The notes under the pieces: generated by a model
Database searches by the model: none
The model's input: the letters and a program-made list of their open reading frames with translations, nothing else
What the model was told of the DNA's origin: nothing
Part shown: piece by piece, positions 46,607-56,108 of the stretch
Layout: each line of letters opens with the position of its first letter
Numbering within the stretch: the first letter of the stretch is position 1
Made by a program: the position numbers and the translations under genes
Assembly (NCBI GenBank): GCA_007129255.1
Contig: SKVW01000014.1
Location: forward strand, 166-64,165
Origin: Bacteroidales bacterium
Lineage (GTDB): Bacteria > Bacteroidota > Bacteroidia > Bacteroidales > UBA7960
Direction: 5' to 3'
DNA length: 64,000 nt

Positions 46607-48916
46607 ATGGAAAAAAATCGGGGAAAAGAATTTTCAGGAAAAACCGAAAAGGACATAAAGCGTGTAGAATCGGATCTTTCCACCCTGCTTCAGGCCGTGG
46701 AGCAAAGCACCAACTCCATAATCGTGACCGATCCACAAGGAAATATTGAATATGTAAACCGGAAATTTCTGGAAGTTACCGGGTATAAAAAAGACGAAGT
46801 CCTGGGTAAGCATACCCGCATGTTGAAATCAGGGCGGCAGTCGCCAACGTTTTACCGTGAACTTTGGGAAACCATTGCCTCGGGCAAAACCTGGAATGGA
46901 GAATTCAATAACCGGAAAAAAAACGGGGAATTTTACTGGGAGAAAGCCACCATCAGCCCTGTGCTTGATAAAGAAGGGAAAATAGTCCGCTTTTTAGGGA
47001 TGAAGGAAGACATCACTGCCCGTAAAAAGGCCGAAGAAGCGTTACTTTTGGAGAAAGATCAGCTCCGGCAGATCATCGACCTGGTGCCCCACATTATATA
47101 TGTGCGTAACAAAGAAAACCGCTATCTTTTGGCCAACAAAGCGCTATGCGAACTTTACGGAACAAAACGCCAGCAGCTTTTGGGCAAACCCGACCTGGAA
47201 CTTTGTCCGTCCAAAGAGGCGGCCAAAAAAAGCAAAGAAGATGATCTGAGGGTGATCCGCAAAGGACATACTGTTTTTGACAGGGAGTTTGTCATGAATA
47301 TTCCAGGGAAGGGTAAGAAGATATTTCAGCGGACCAAAGTTCCCTTCCGCATCAGTGGGTACGATGAAGACGTGGTTCTTGGGGTATTGATTGATATTAC
47401 CCGAACCAAAAATTATGAGGAAGAAATCATTAAATCCCGGGAGGAGGCCCTGAAAGCCTCCCGTGAAAAAGCAGCCTATTTGTCGGTAATCTCCCATGAG
47501 ATCAGGAGTCCGCTTAATGCCATTCTGGGTATTGCAGAGCTGCTGCCTGCCAAAGATCTTAACCCCGATCAGGCAGAAAACCTGGATATTCTTAAGTTTT
47601 CTGCCAAAAACCTGCTGGCATTGGTCAACGATATTCTTGACCACTCCAGGATGGAAGCTGGCAAACTGGAATTGGAACTGGTTCCCCTTGATTTAAAAAA
47701 ACTTTTGGAAAAGATCATAAAAAGTTGGGAGCCCCGGGCCAAAGAAAAAGAAATAGGGTTAAAGCTGGATGTTGATCCCGATATTCCCGGGCAAACTTTT
47801 GGAGACTCCCTGAGATTAAGCCAGATTTTTAACAACCTGGTTGGCAATGGCATCAAATTTACCGAGCGCGGATGGGTTAAGCTTTCCGCGAAATTAAAAG
47901 CAAAAGGAAAAGATCTTTGCCGCATAGCCTTTTTTGTGGAAGATACCGGCATAGGGATTGACCCCAAAAAAATAGACAGTCTTTTTGAACCCTTTATCCA
48001 GGCAGATAGTGAAATAGCCAGAAAATATGGGGGTACCGGTCTTGGCCTTACCATCATTAAAAACCTGGTGGAGCTGCATGGCGGTGAGGTAAAGGTAAAT
48101 AGCATGCCGGAGGAGGGCTCCGTTTTTTCTTTTGAGGTATCCTTCCGGTTTAAAAGTGACAGTGGCAGCGAAAAACCAAAAGATGTACCACAAGAAAAAA
48201 ATTTGGAAGGGATGATCGGGTTGCTTGTGGAAGATGATGTGATGAGCATTATCCTGGCCAAAAAACTATTCGCCAGGTGGAAAGCCGATCTTTTGATTGC
48301 CGAAACCGGGAAAGAAGCCCTGGCTAAGACTAAGGAAATACCGTTTGACATAATATTGCTTGATTTGAATATGCCGGATAAAGACGGTTTTTATATTCTG
48401 CAACAGCTGAAGGCTACAGAAGGCCTTAACAGTAAAACTCCTGTGATAGCAGTGACCGGCCTCGATAAAGGGGAAATTAGAGATAAACTAAGGGATACTG
48501 GGGTTGCCGGCGTTCTTCAAAAACCATATGATGCTTCCGGGCTTTTTGAAAAAATCTCTGCACATACGGGAAAACCTCAGCAAGCAAAGGAAGTTTTAAA
48601 GGAGCGGGGATCCGGTGATACCTGCTTTGCCAGTGCTGCGAAAAAATCACCGGAAATTATACAAAGCCTGGGTGACCTGAAAAACATGCTGGAAGAAGAG
48701 GATTTAGATATATCGGATAAGGAAAAAGAAAAGATCACCAAAAAGGTGATCAGCAGGTTGGAAAAATGTGGTATGCTGTTGGAAGCCCAAAAACTGGGTG
48801 ATTTTTTAAGGCTAATGACCGGTTATAAAGGGCGCAACCGTCATTTTTTATTAAAGGTCATCAAAAAAGAAATGCTGACCATGAACGGGCACCTGATCCA
48901 TCTTGCAGAAAAATAA
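46607..48916 (+). CDS. Hybrid sensor histidine kinase/response regulator (2 PAS, HisKA, HATPase_c, REC, uncharacterised C-terminal helical tail)
   Basis: The track start 46589 is TTG; the ATG is at 46607. Elements seen: PAS (SIIVTDPQGNIEYVN..GEFYWEKATISPV), H-box SHEIRSPLNAILG, G-boxes (DTGIGI, GGTGLGL) and receiver (LLVEDD..ILLDLNMPDKDG..QKPY). I find no HPt motif in the last ~150 aa. Confidence 0.85.
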   Translation: MEKNRGKEFSGKTEKDIKRVESDLSTLLQAVEQSTNSIIVTDPQGNIEYVNRKFLEVTGYKKDEVLGKHTRMLKSGRQSPTFYRELWETIASGKTWNGEFNNRKKNGEFYWEKATISPVLDKEGKIVRFLGMKEDITARKKAEEALLLEKDQLRQIIDLVPHIIYVRNKENRYLLANKALCELYGTKRQQLLGKPDLELCPSKEAAKKSKEDDLRVIRKGHTVFDREFVMNIPGKGKKIFQRTKVPFRISGYDEDVVLGVLIDITRTKNYEEEIIKSREEALKASREKAAYLSVISHEIRSPLNAILGIAELLPAKDLNPDQAENLDILKFSAKNLLALVNDILDHSRMEAGKLELELVPLDLKKLLEKIIKSWEPRAKEKEIGLKLDVDPDIPGQTFGDSLRLSQIFNNLVGNGIKFTERGWVKLSAKLKAKGKDLCRIAFFVEDTGIGIDPKKIDSLFEPFIQADSEIARKYGGTGLGLTIIKNLVELHGGEVKVNSMPEEGSVFSFEVSFRFKSDSGSEKPKDVPQEKNLEGMIGLLVEDDVMSIILAKKLFARWKADLLIAETGKEALAKTKEIPFDIILLDLNMPDKDGFYILQQLKATEGLNSKTPVIAVTGLDKGEIRDKLRDTGVAGVLQKPYDASGLFEKISAHTGKPQQAKEVLKERGSGDTCFASAAKKSPEIIQSLGDLKNMLEEEDLDISDKEKEKITKKVISRLEKCGMLLEAQKLGDFLRLMTGYKGRNRHFLLKVIKKEMLTMNGHLIHLAEK

Positions 48917-48928
48917 ATCTTAAAGACT

Positions 48929-50872
48929 TTATGCTTGCTTGTTGAGCTTTTCCAGCTCTTCCCTGAGTTGCTCAATGGCCTTGAGGCAAATGGTCTTGGT
49001 TTTTTGGATAAGGTCGGGAACTTGATCCAGGTTTTCCTCTTTGTAGGCGCTTTGTTCAATTTTTTCCACATCTTCCAGGATGGAATGAATACCCATAAAG
49101 GTTAACTGGGGCTTGAACTTATGGGCTGCATTTCGCAGCGCTTTCCAGTCTTTTTTACTATAATACTCTTCCAGGCTTTCAAGGGTTTCCGGGGTGTTGT
49201 CAATAAAATAGGAAATCATGCTGGCGCTGAATTCGTGATCCCCTTCACTCAGTTGATTCAGATAATCCAGATTGATCAGCTTTTTCTGCCCATTTTCGGA
49301 TGAATTATTTTCAAAGTCTTTGTGCATGGGTTTATCAGGTTGCTTATTGTTTTTTGACGATACAAGGTTAAATATTTTTTCTTTAAGATCCTCAACATTA
49401 TAAGGTTTGGGAAGATAATCATCCGCTCCGGCCCCGAGGCATTTTTTCGGGGCATTTTCCGATATGCTGGCGGTAAAGGCAATGATGGGGATGTCGTGGT
49501 AGGCAGTGTGACGGTCTTTGCGTATCTCACGTATGGTATCCAGACCATCCATTATTGGCATTTGCATATCCATCAGGATCAGGTTGTAATTTTCGGTTTT
49601 TAGCTTTTCGATGGCGGAGTATCCGTTTTTGACAAAATCATAGGAAAGCCCGAGTTTTTCAAGATGTTTCCTGATCACAAACTGGTTAAGTTCCACATCC
49701 TCAGCCACCAGCACTTTTAGATTTTGCGGGAGATCCCGGTCTGTTTTCTTTTGTTCTGAGGGTTTTTCTTTTGGTTTGATAATATGCAAGGGTAAAGAGA
49801 ATTCATAAGTTAAACTTTCCCCGTCCCCATGATTTGCAATAACTTCCCCGTCAAGAGCTTTGATGATGGCATTTACCTTTTCCATGGCAATGGCGAAGGG
49901 TTTGGGGGTTAATCCCTCTTCGGTGATGGGGTCTTCACCTGCAGCCTTATTCAAAACGTCTTCTACCGAAAACAACACATGGCAATGATTTCCTGCAATG
50001 CGCTCAAGATTGGCAGAAATTTTAATGCAATCGGACTGGGTAAAAGAAAGAAAATACTCTGCCAGGGTTATCAGGATTTGGTTTACCCTGAATGCATCAC
50101 CCAGCAAAAGGCCGGGGATGTTGGGATCAATATGGGTCTGGGTGGCAATGTTCCTGGGTTTATTACGCGCTTCCAGAATTTGAAAAAGGTTATTCAGGTT
50201 TTCTTTTAAAGAGAATGCTTTAAGCTCAAGGGGCAAAGGTTGATCGGGCATCCGGCTTAGAAGCAGCAGGTCGTCAATCATTGCCGAAAGCAGGCGAACG
50301 GAATGGTCCATTTTTTCTAAATAGGTTCGCTGCTCTTCATTTATCCCCGATTCCTTTAGGATGCCTGTAAGCCCGGCAAGGCTGTTCAGGGGTGTGCGCA
50401 GTTCATGGCCTACCTGTGACAAGAAGCGGTCCTTAAAAAAGTCTTCTCCACTTGGGGTTTCAGAAGGGGCTGTTTCTTCCAGCGTTTTGGATAAAGCCAT
50501 AAAATGATAGGGTTTCCCTTTCTCTTTTACAAAAGGGTATATAGTAGTTTTTATCCTGAACAAGCTGCCATCCTTTTTCTTGTTAACAAGAGAGCCTTCC
50601 CAGACCTTACCCCGGGTAATGGATTCCCAAAGTTCCTGGAAAAAAGAGGCAGGATGCCTACCGCTGTTTATAAACCGGTGTGTTTTGCCTTTGAGTTCTT
50701 CAGCTGAGTACCCCGACAATTTGCAAAACCCCTTGTTGACAAAGGTTATTTTACCTTTTTCATCAGTAATAACCATTAATACAGATTCTTCAAGGGTCTG
50801 TTTGTAATAATCCAGGGCCTCATCCATCGTCATGGGGGAATCATTTCCGCTACTCGAATCACCGGATTGCAT
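48929..50872 (-). CDS. Hybrid sensor histidine kinase/response regulator with a C-terminal HPt domain
   Basis: 647 aa with PAS, H-box GHELRTPLNSLAG, a HATPase region, a receiver (VLVAEDVELN..LILMDMQMPIMDG..LPKPY) and HPt (AAHKFKPQLTFMG). Confidence 0.85.
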   Translation of the reverse strand: MQSGDSSSGNDSPMTMDEALDYYKQTLEESVLMVITDEKGKITFVNKGFCKLSGYSAEELKGKTHRFINSGRHPASFFQELWESITRGKVWEGSLVNKKKDGSLFRIKTTIYPFVKEKGKPYHFMALSKTLEETAPSETPSGEDFFKDRFLSQVGHELRTPLNSLAGLTGILKESGINEEQRTYLEKMDHSVRLLSAMIDDLLLLSRMPDQPLPLELKAFSLKENLNNLFQILEARNKPRNIATQTHIDPNIPGLLLGDAFRVNQILITLAEYFLSFTQSDCIKISANLERIAGNHCHVLFSVEDVLNKAAGEDPITEEGLTPKPFAIAMEKVNAIIKALDGEVIANHGDGESLTYEFSLPLHIIKPKEKPSEQKKTDRDLPQNLKVLVAEDVELNQFVIRKHLEKLGLSYDFVKNGYSAIEKLKTENYNLILMDMQMPIMDGLDTIREIRKDRHTAYHDIPIIAFTASISENAPKKCLGAGADDYLPKPYNVEDLKEKIFNLVSSKNNKQPDKPMHKDFENNSSENGQKKLINLDYLNQLSEGDHEFSASMISYFIDNTPETLESLEEYYSKKDWKALRNAAHKFKPQLTFMGIHSILEDVEKIEQSAYKEENLDQVPDLIQKTKTICLKAIEQLREELEKLNKQA

Positions 50873-51038
50873 AGGATGCAGTATGGTTTAATATTTTAGA
50901 CGCCCAGGGTTAAAACTGCTAATTTAATAAAAAATGCATACAAAAAAGCAAAAAACTTCTGTAAAAGACCTTTATTTTGTAAAAAAAAGTAAAGAGCGAA
51001 TTTCCTGCCTTCGATCTGGGGTTCTTTCTAAAAAAAAG

Positions 51039-51046
51039 TAATTTTG
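51039..51046 (+). promoter_or_regulatory. -7 box TAATTTTG upstream of the beta-barrel gene
   Basis: Exact TAnnTTTG match 73 nt upstream of ATG 51119. Confidence 0.4.
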
Positions 51047-51118
51047 TTTTAAACCATTCCCTTTTGTGGGTAAAAAACACTTGCTCTTCATCGGGCATCA
51101 AATTTAAAACAATTACAG

Positions 51119-51757
51119 ATGGCAAATAGCATAAAAAGTGCAATCCTTTTAATTTTATTGACATCGCTGAGTTTTAATGTTGATGCCCAAAGATTTTATG
51201 GAGGGATCAATGCCGGGTTAACCGCCAGTGAAGTTTCCGGTGACATGGCCGGTGGCCCCGATAAGTTGGGATGGTTTGCTTCGGTTTATACAAAAACCAA
51301 TCTGTCCACTTATTCTTTTTTGCAGCTGGAGCTGATGGTTGTTCAAAAAGGCAGCCGGGTAGTGCCCGATGAACCCGGCCACCGGGACTATAAGTTTTAT
51401 CTTCAGTATGTAGAAATCCCCCTTGTATTTAAATTTGATTTTTCTGTTTTTGGCGATCTCCCCCTTGTTGAAAGGTTAGCCGGAGAAGCCGGGCTTTCCG
51501 CATCGGTACTTGTCGATCATTTTGAAGAAGAGAATGGGCTTGAAGTCGACCTAACCGCTTCCAGGCCTTTCAACAGGGCTGAACTCAATGCATTGATAGG
51601 CCTTTACTATCCTGTTGGAGAGATCATGGAAATACATTTAAGGTTTTCTCAGGGAATAACCCCCCTTCGGCCTCATGAGGGAGGATCAAAAGTATGGTAC
51701 AACCGGGGTCAATACAATACGGTTTGGTCTTTTGGGATAGCCTTTACCTTTTTTTAA
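51119..51757 (+). CDS. Small outer-membrane beta-barrel protein (porin-family / OMP_b-brl-like)
   Basis: 212 aa with a signal peptide ending NVDAQ, then RFYGGINAGLTASEV, alternating strands and a terminal aromatic (FGIAFTFF). Confidence 0.6.
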   Translation: MANSIKSAILLILLTSLSFNVDAQRFYGGINAGLTASEVSGDMAGGPDKLGWFASVYTKTNLSTYSFLQLELMVVQKGSRVVPDEPGHRDYKFYLQYVEIPLVFKFDFSVFGDLPLVERLAGEAGLSASVLVDHFEEENGLEVDLTASRPFNRAELNALIGLYYPVGEIMEIHLRFSQGITPLRPHEGGSKVWYNRGQYNTVWSFGIAFTFF

Positions 51758-51796
51758 TAAAATTATTCCGTTAGTTATGGTTTTCGTTCTCCCGCT

Positions 51797-52387
51797 TTAG
51801 TTGGAGGTGAACTCATTTTGGATATCCAGGTAGCCGGGATAGGAAATGGATCTTCCTCCCACTTCTACGTAAGGTTTTGCCCGGAGGGTGATTCTTGTGG
51901 GTTGGTTGCCTGCCCCGGCCAGGTTCAGGCCGAAATTTAACAATGCATTTCCGGTTTTTCCCGAAAGGGCAGATTTAAGATCTGCCTCAATAAAAAGGGG
52001 TAGTGTGGAAATACCGTCATTGGGCGGTATTTCTATCCTTTGGTTGGTGGTTCCTTCCGCAATTTGCTCATCATCAATCAGCATGATCCAGTCTAAACGG
52101 TTCAAAGATGCCCTGGCCTGGTTCGGATTTTTTATATCCACATTCAGGGTCAGGCTAAGGGGAAGGGTTCCGGATGCCAAAGCCCCGGTAATTCTTGCTG
52201 CATCTGCCAGAGAGAGTTCGGAAAGGCTGCTGACCTGTTGCACATTGATGCCGGCAAGGGTAATATCTTCTGCACTGCCCAAGCGGAACTCACAGCGCGA
52301 AAAAGAAACCATCTCCTCCAGCATGGAGCATCCCGGCATAGACAATACAGCTACCATAACGGTAATGATCAAGTTGCGAAATTTCAT
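51797..52387 (-). CDS. LEA type 2 (WHy/LEA_2)-like lipoprotein
   Basis: 196 aa with lipobox LSMPGC. The pattern LTLNVDIKNPNQARASLNRLDWIMLIDDEQIAEG resembles bacterial LEA_2-family proteins. Confidence 0.5.
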   Translation of the reverse strand: MKFRNLIITVMVAVLSMPGCSMLEEMVSFSRCEFRLGSAEDITLAGINVQQVSSLSELSLADAARITGALASGTLPLSLTLNVDIKNPNQARASLNRLDWIMLIDDEQIAEGTTNQRIEIPPNDGISTLPLFIEADLKSALSGKTGNALLNFGLNLAGAGNQPTRITLRAKPYVEVGGRSISYPGYLDIQNEFTSN

Positions 52388-52401
52388 TTTTCGTGGATTT
52401 T

Positions 52402-53568
52402 TTAAAAATCTTGGTTCAGTTCATATTCTTCCTTAAGAATTGATGAAAAAAGCGGAAGGTAGTAAGCAAAGAAAAAGCCTTCGCGATTGGTGGGATCGCG
52501 CAGGTCGGTCAGAAATAATTCCAGGTAACGGGAACCTTTAAACCTTACAAAACGCTGTGGAACTTCGGTTTTGCCAAAATCTCCAGCGAAATAAAATTTG
52601 CGGGGGTGATTAATACCCCTGAAAGCAGCCGGGAATTTATCAGGGATGTTGTTTTTCTCTAAAACAGCTTTGCCTGCTTCATTTACCGGGATCTCAAACC
52701 ATGATATCACCTCCATGGCCCGGGATCGCGGAAAGGTGACCTCAAACCATCCGGGATAGGCTATACGGTTGGGAATGCCATAATTTTTTCTGTGCTGGAA
52801 GGTGGTGGTAATTTCAGGAACCGGAGTTTGCAAATGCTTCGGGTATTCCAGGATCACCACTTTTTCATTTTCGTTTACCAGCATGATTCCGCTTTCGGTA
52901 AATTTCCAATCACTATTGTTTTGGGCTTCATATAAATCAATAAGCCAGGCGGGAACCCTGTCTGTGTCAGCTTTGTTGAGTGTGGGCATAAACCTGCCGT
53001 TCCATCCCTGCCAGCGCAGGTTAAAAATCTGCTCTGCCCTTTCCTGCAATACCCGTGGAGAAGGGGAGGTCAAAAAGTTGAATTCGGCAATCACCATTTT
53101 ATCATTGGCGATCATATTTTCTATCAGGTCAAGGTCGCGTTCGCTGAGGCCTCCGTAAATTTTATGGTATGGCAACACCTTGTCATCGTTTTTATGCCAC
53201 TGGTGGGCATAAACTCCGTAAGTGTCAGCAAAATAAACCAGGTTCAGGTCTTTGGCCAGTTGATGAAAAGTTTCCTCATTCTTATCGTTCAGGTCGCGCA
53301 CCCTGAAGTTTCGGCCTTCTTTTGGAAAAAACCCGATGTAATCCTCCAGCGGATCATAAAAAGAACCTCCGGGTTTCACGTACTTTCTGTGGGTAAGCAC
53401 CCAGTTGGTCGCGTAAGATGTTAACGACACAGAGTCGGTTACCGATTTATTTACAAATAAAACATTAAAGGGTTTTTTGGGGGTAAGTTCCCAGGAAAAT
53501 CTTAACAACAATGGGACCCCGATAATAATAGTCCATAAAATGATAAGGATAATATGACGCTTTTTCAT
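52402..53568 (-). CDS. N-terminally membrane-anchored protein of unknown function
   Basis: The track start 53637 is GTG; ATG 53568 gives MKKRHIILIILWTIIIGVPLL (signal anchor). Its stop is 14 nt upstream of the LEA_2-like gene. I recognise no domain. Confidence 0.55.
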   Translation of the reverse strand: MKKRHIILIILWTIIIGVPLLLRFSWELTPKKPFNVLFVNKSVTDSVSLTSYATNWVLTHRKYVKPGGSFYDPLEDYIGFFPKEGRNFRVRDLNDKNEETFHQLAKDLNLVYFADTYGVYAHQWHKNDDKVLPYHKIYGGLSERDLDLIENMIANDKMVIAEFNFLTSPSPRVLQERAEQIFNLRWQGWNGRFMPTLNKADTDRVPAWLIDLYEAQNNSDWKFTESGIMLVNENEKVVILEYPKHLQTPVPEITTTFQHRKNYGIPNRIAYPGWFEVTFPRSRAMEVISWFEIPVNEAGKAVLEKNNIPDKFPAAFRGINHPRKFYFAGDFGKTEVPQRFVRFKGSRYLELFLTDLRDPTNREGFFFAYYLPLFSSILKEEYELNQDF

Positions 53569-53780
53569 AAAATCAAAAAATTTGCTTTTAGGCTTTAACT
53601 GCCGCCGGAAAACCGTTGCCACCCATTCAGAAAACACTTGTTAAATTTTGGGCAAGGTAAGAAAAATATATAGCGGGTTATTGGTGCTGTTACCGATTTT
53701 TTTCGTGGTTTTCTCCTATAATTAAGAAATTGTTAAAACAACATTAAGTAATCAATAAATCCCGGGTGCCCATATCGGAA

Positions 53781-53805
53781 TAATTTTGATTAAAGGTTAA
53801 TTTTG
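53781..53805 (+). promoter_or_regulatory. Two tandem TAATTTTG -7 boxes upstream of the two-component pair
   Basis: Exact TAnnTTTG matches at 53781-53788 and 53798-53805, 136-153 nt upstream of ATG 53941. Confidence 0.35.
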
Positions 53806-53940
53806 GGCCGGATATGAGTTAAGTCCTTTGTTGACAATAAAAATGAATTAAAATAGCGTTTGCTTTGGTTCTTTGCATCTTCAGTTTATTTTATGATTAT
53901 TTTTGAATTGCACTTTCCCAATACTTAAAAACCCACCTGC

Positions 53941-54627
53941 ATGGACAAACAAGAGTATTCCATTTTGCTGGTTGACGACGAACCCGACATTCTTGAATTC
54001 GTTGGTTATAACCTTAAAAAAGAAGGCTACAAAGTCAGTACCGCGCTCAATGGTATGGAGGCCATTGAACTTGCCAAAAAAACCAGGCCTCACCTGATCA
54101 TCCTTGACGTGATGATGCCCGGAATGGATGGCATGGAAACCTGCCGGGAGTTGAAAAAAATCCCTGAACTTTCGCGCACGATCATTACCTTTTTAACGGC
54201 CCGCAACGAAGATTATTCTCAGCAGGCAGGATTTGATGCCGGGGGAGATGATTACATTCCAAAACCCATCAAGCCCGGATTGCTTATCAGCAGGGTCAAA
54301 GCATTGCTGAGGCGATATTCCTGGGGTGAACCCGGGGCTGAGCTTAGCAGGGCAGGAAATATTGCCATTGACAGGGAGCGCTATTTAATATTAAAGGATG
54401 ACCAGGAAATTTCTCTTCCTAAAAAAGAATTTGAATTGCTTACCTTATTGGTTTCCAAACCCAATAAGGTTTTTTCCCGTGAGGAGATTTTTGCCAATAT
54501 CTGGGGCAACAAAGTGGTGGTGGGCGATCGTACCATTGATGTGCATGTTAGGAAGCTGCGTGAAAAACTGGGGATTGAAAATATCAAAACGGTTAAAGGG
54601 GTAGGGTATAAATTTGAATCTATCTGA
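53941..54627 (+). CDS. OmpR/PhoB-family response regulator transcription factor
   Basis: 228 aa with a receiver (ILLVDDEPDI..LIILDVMMPGMDG) and a winged-helix output (EFELLTLLVSKPNKVFSREEI..RTIDVHVRKLREKL..GVGYKF). Confidence 0.9.
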   Translation: MDKQEYSILLVDDEPDILEFVGYNLKKEGYKVSTALNGMEAIELAKKTRPHLIILDVMMPGMDGMETCRELKKIPELSRTIITFLTARNEDYSQQAGFDAGGDDYIPKPIKPGLLISRVKALLRRYSWGEPGAELSRAGNIAIDRERYLILKDDQEISLPKKEFELLTLLVSKPNKVFSREEIFANIWGNKVVVGDRTIDVHVRKLREKLGIENIKTVKGVGYKFESI

Positions 54628-54765
54628 GTACCGGGTAAAAAAACTTGATTGTTTATCATTCCCTAATTTCAGTTTTGGTGAGCATGCCGGATTTCTTTTG
54701 CTATTTTTTTGAAAATTATTCCTTTGGTAAGGTTTTATACTTAATATTGACCTCTTAATAGTGTT

Positions 54766-55857
54766 ATGAAGTTCAATTCTCCAAAGAAATTATCCGGAAT
54801 TGCCGCCTTGCTGGTGGCCGGCCTGTTTTTGTTTATCCATTTTATTTCCAGGCTTCTTGGTTATGTAAGTTTTTCCTTGCCCATCCTGTTGGTCACCGGC
54901 GGATTGCTTTTCCTTTTTGCATATTTTCTGTTTAAGTATATTTTGGAAAAATTTATATATGAAAAGATCAGATTGATTTATAAAACCATCCATGATCTAA
55001 AAGCGCCCAAGGGGCAAAAGAAGGCCATAATCTTTCACAAAAAGGACATCATCAGCCAAACCAACCAGGAGGTATTGCAATGGGCCGACGACAAGAAAAA
55101 AGAGATCGAAGCCCTGAAGCAGCAGGAAGCATATCGCCGTGAGTTTCTTGGAAACGTTTCCCATGAATTGAAAACGCCCATTTTTAACATCCAGGGTTAT
55201 GTGTTGACTTTGCTGGACGGAGGGCTGGAAGACCCCTCCATCAACCGGCGATACCTGCTTCGAACAGAACAGAGCATTAACCGGATGATCTCCATCATTG
55301 AAGACCTGGAAGCCATTGCCCGCCTAGAGTCGGGAGAATTAAAACCCAAATATTCCAATTTTGACCTGGGTTCTCTTACCAAAGAGGTGATGGAGTTCAA
55401 TGAGATCAAGGCAGCAAAAAAAAATATCAGGATTTTTCTTGCCCGCAATTACGATGCGCCCATTCTGGTGTATGCCGATCGCGAAAGGATACAACAGGTG
55501 CTGATCAACCTCCTGGTTAATTCGATCAAGTACGGAACCGAAAACGGGCAGACCAAGATCAGCTTTTTTGATATGGATGAGCACATCCTGGTAGAGGTTA
55601 CCGACAGCGGAGTGGGCATACCCAGAGAAGAACTGCCCAGGGTATTTGAACGGTTTTATCGTGGGGAAAAAAGCCGCACCCGCCACAAGGGTGAAGGCGG
55701 TTCGGGCCTGGGTCTGGCCATTGTAAAGCATATCATCGAGGCCCACAACCAAACCATCAATGTAAGGAGTACCCTGGGGGTAGGTACCACCTTTGCTTTT
55801 ACCCTGAAAAAAGGAAAATTTTCTTCCTCCCCAAAACGATCAATGCTCCTTTTTTAA
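54766..55857 (+). CDS. Sensor histidine kinase (PhoR-like, two N-terminal TM segments)
   Basis: 363 aa with H-box SHELKTPIFNIQGY, N-box LLVNSIKYG and G-boxes DSGVGIP and GGSGLGLAIVK. Confidence 0.85.
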   Translation: MKFNSPKKLSGIAALLVAGLFLFIHFISRLLGYVSFSLPILLVTGGLLFLFAYFLFKYILEKFIYEKIRLIYKTIHDLKAPKGQKKAIIFHKKDIISQTNQEVLQWADDKKKEIEALKQQEAYRREFLGNVSHELKTPIFNIQGYVLTLLDGGLEDPSINRRYLLRTEQSINRMISIIEDLEAIARLESGELKPKYSNFDLGSLTKEVMEFNEIKAAKKNIRIFLARNYDAPILVYADRERIQQVLINLLVNSIKYGTENGQTKISFFDMDEHILVEVTDSGVGIPREELPRVFERFYRGEKSRTRHKGEGGSGLGLAIVKHIIEAHNQTINVRSTLGVGTTFAFTLKKGKFSSSPKRSMLLF

Positions 55858-56029
55858 CCATGTTTTGAGAGGATTGTTAATTATTCGTTGATAAGTTTTT
55901 ACCCAAACAAGTAGTATTTTGCCTTATTTTTACCGACGAAAAACCGTTTTTGCTTTTCTTAATGGAAAATTTATTTAAACTTAAGATAATCTTAAACTTA
56001 AGAATGGTTTTGTTTCACAGGCCAGGCAG

Positions 56030-56037
56030 TAATTTTG
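56030..56037 (+). promoter_or_regulatory. -7 box TAATTTTG upstream of the TonB-dependent receptor
   Basis: Exact TAnnTTTG match 72 nt upstream of ATG 56109. Confidence 0.4.
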
Positions 56038-56108
56038 AAACCGGATTTTGTTGAGATAAATAAATCGAAAACAACCATTAACCTTTTAAACACAAAACCC
56101 ACATTACA

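Noticed and set aside
47569-48351. 260-aa minus-strand ORF, plus 47144-47644 and 47894-48193
   Set aside because: They lie antisense to the hybrid kinase, whose H-box and G-boxes are clear on the plus strand. They carry no motifs of their own.
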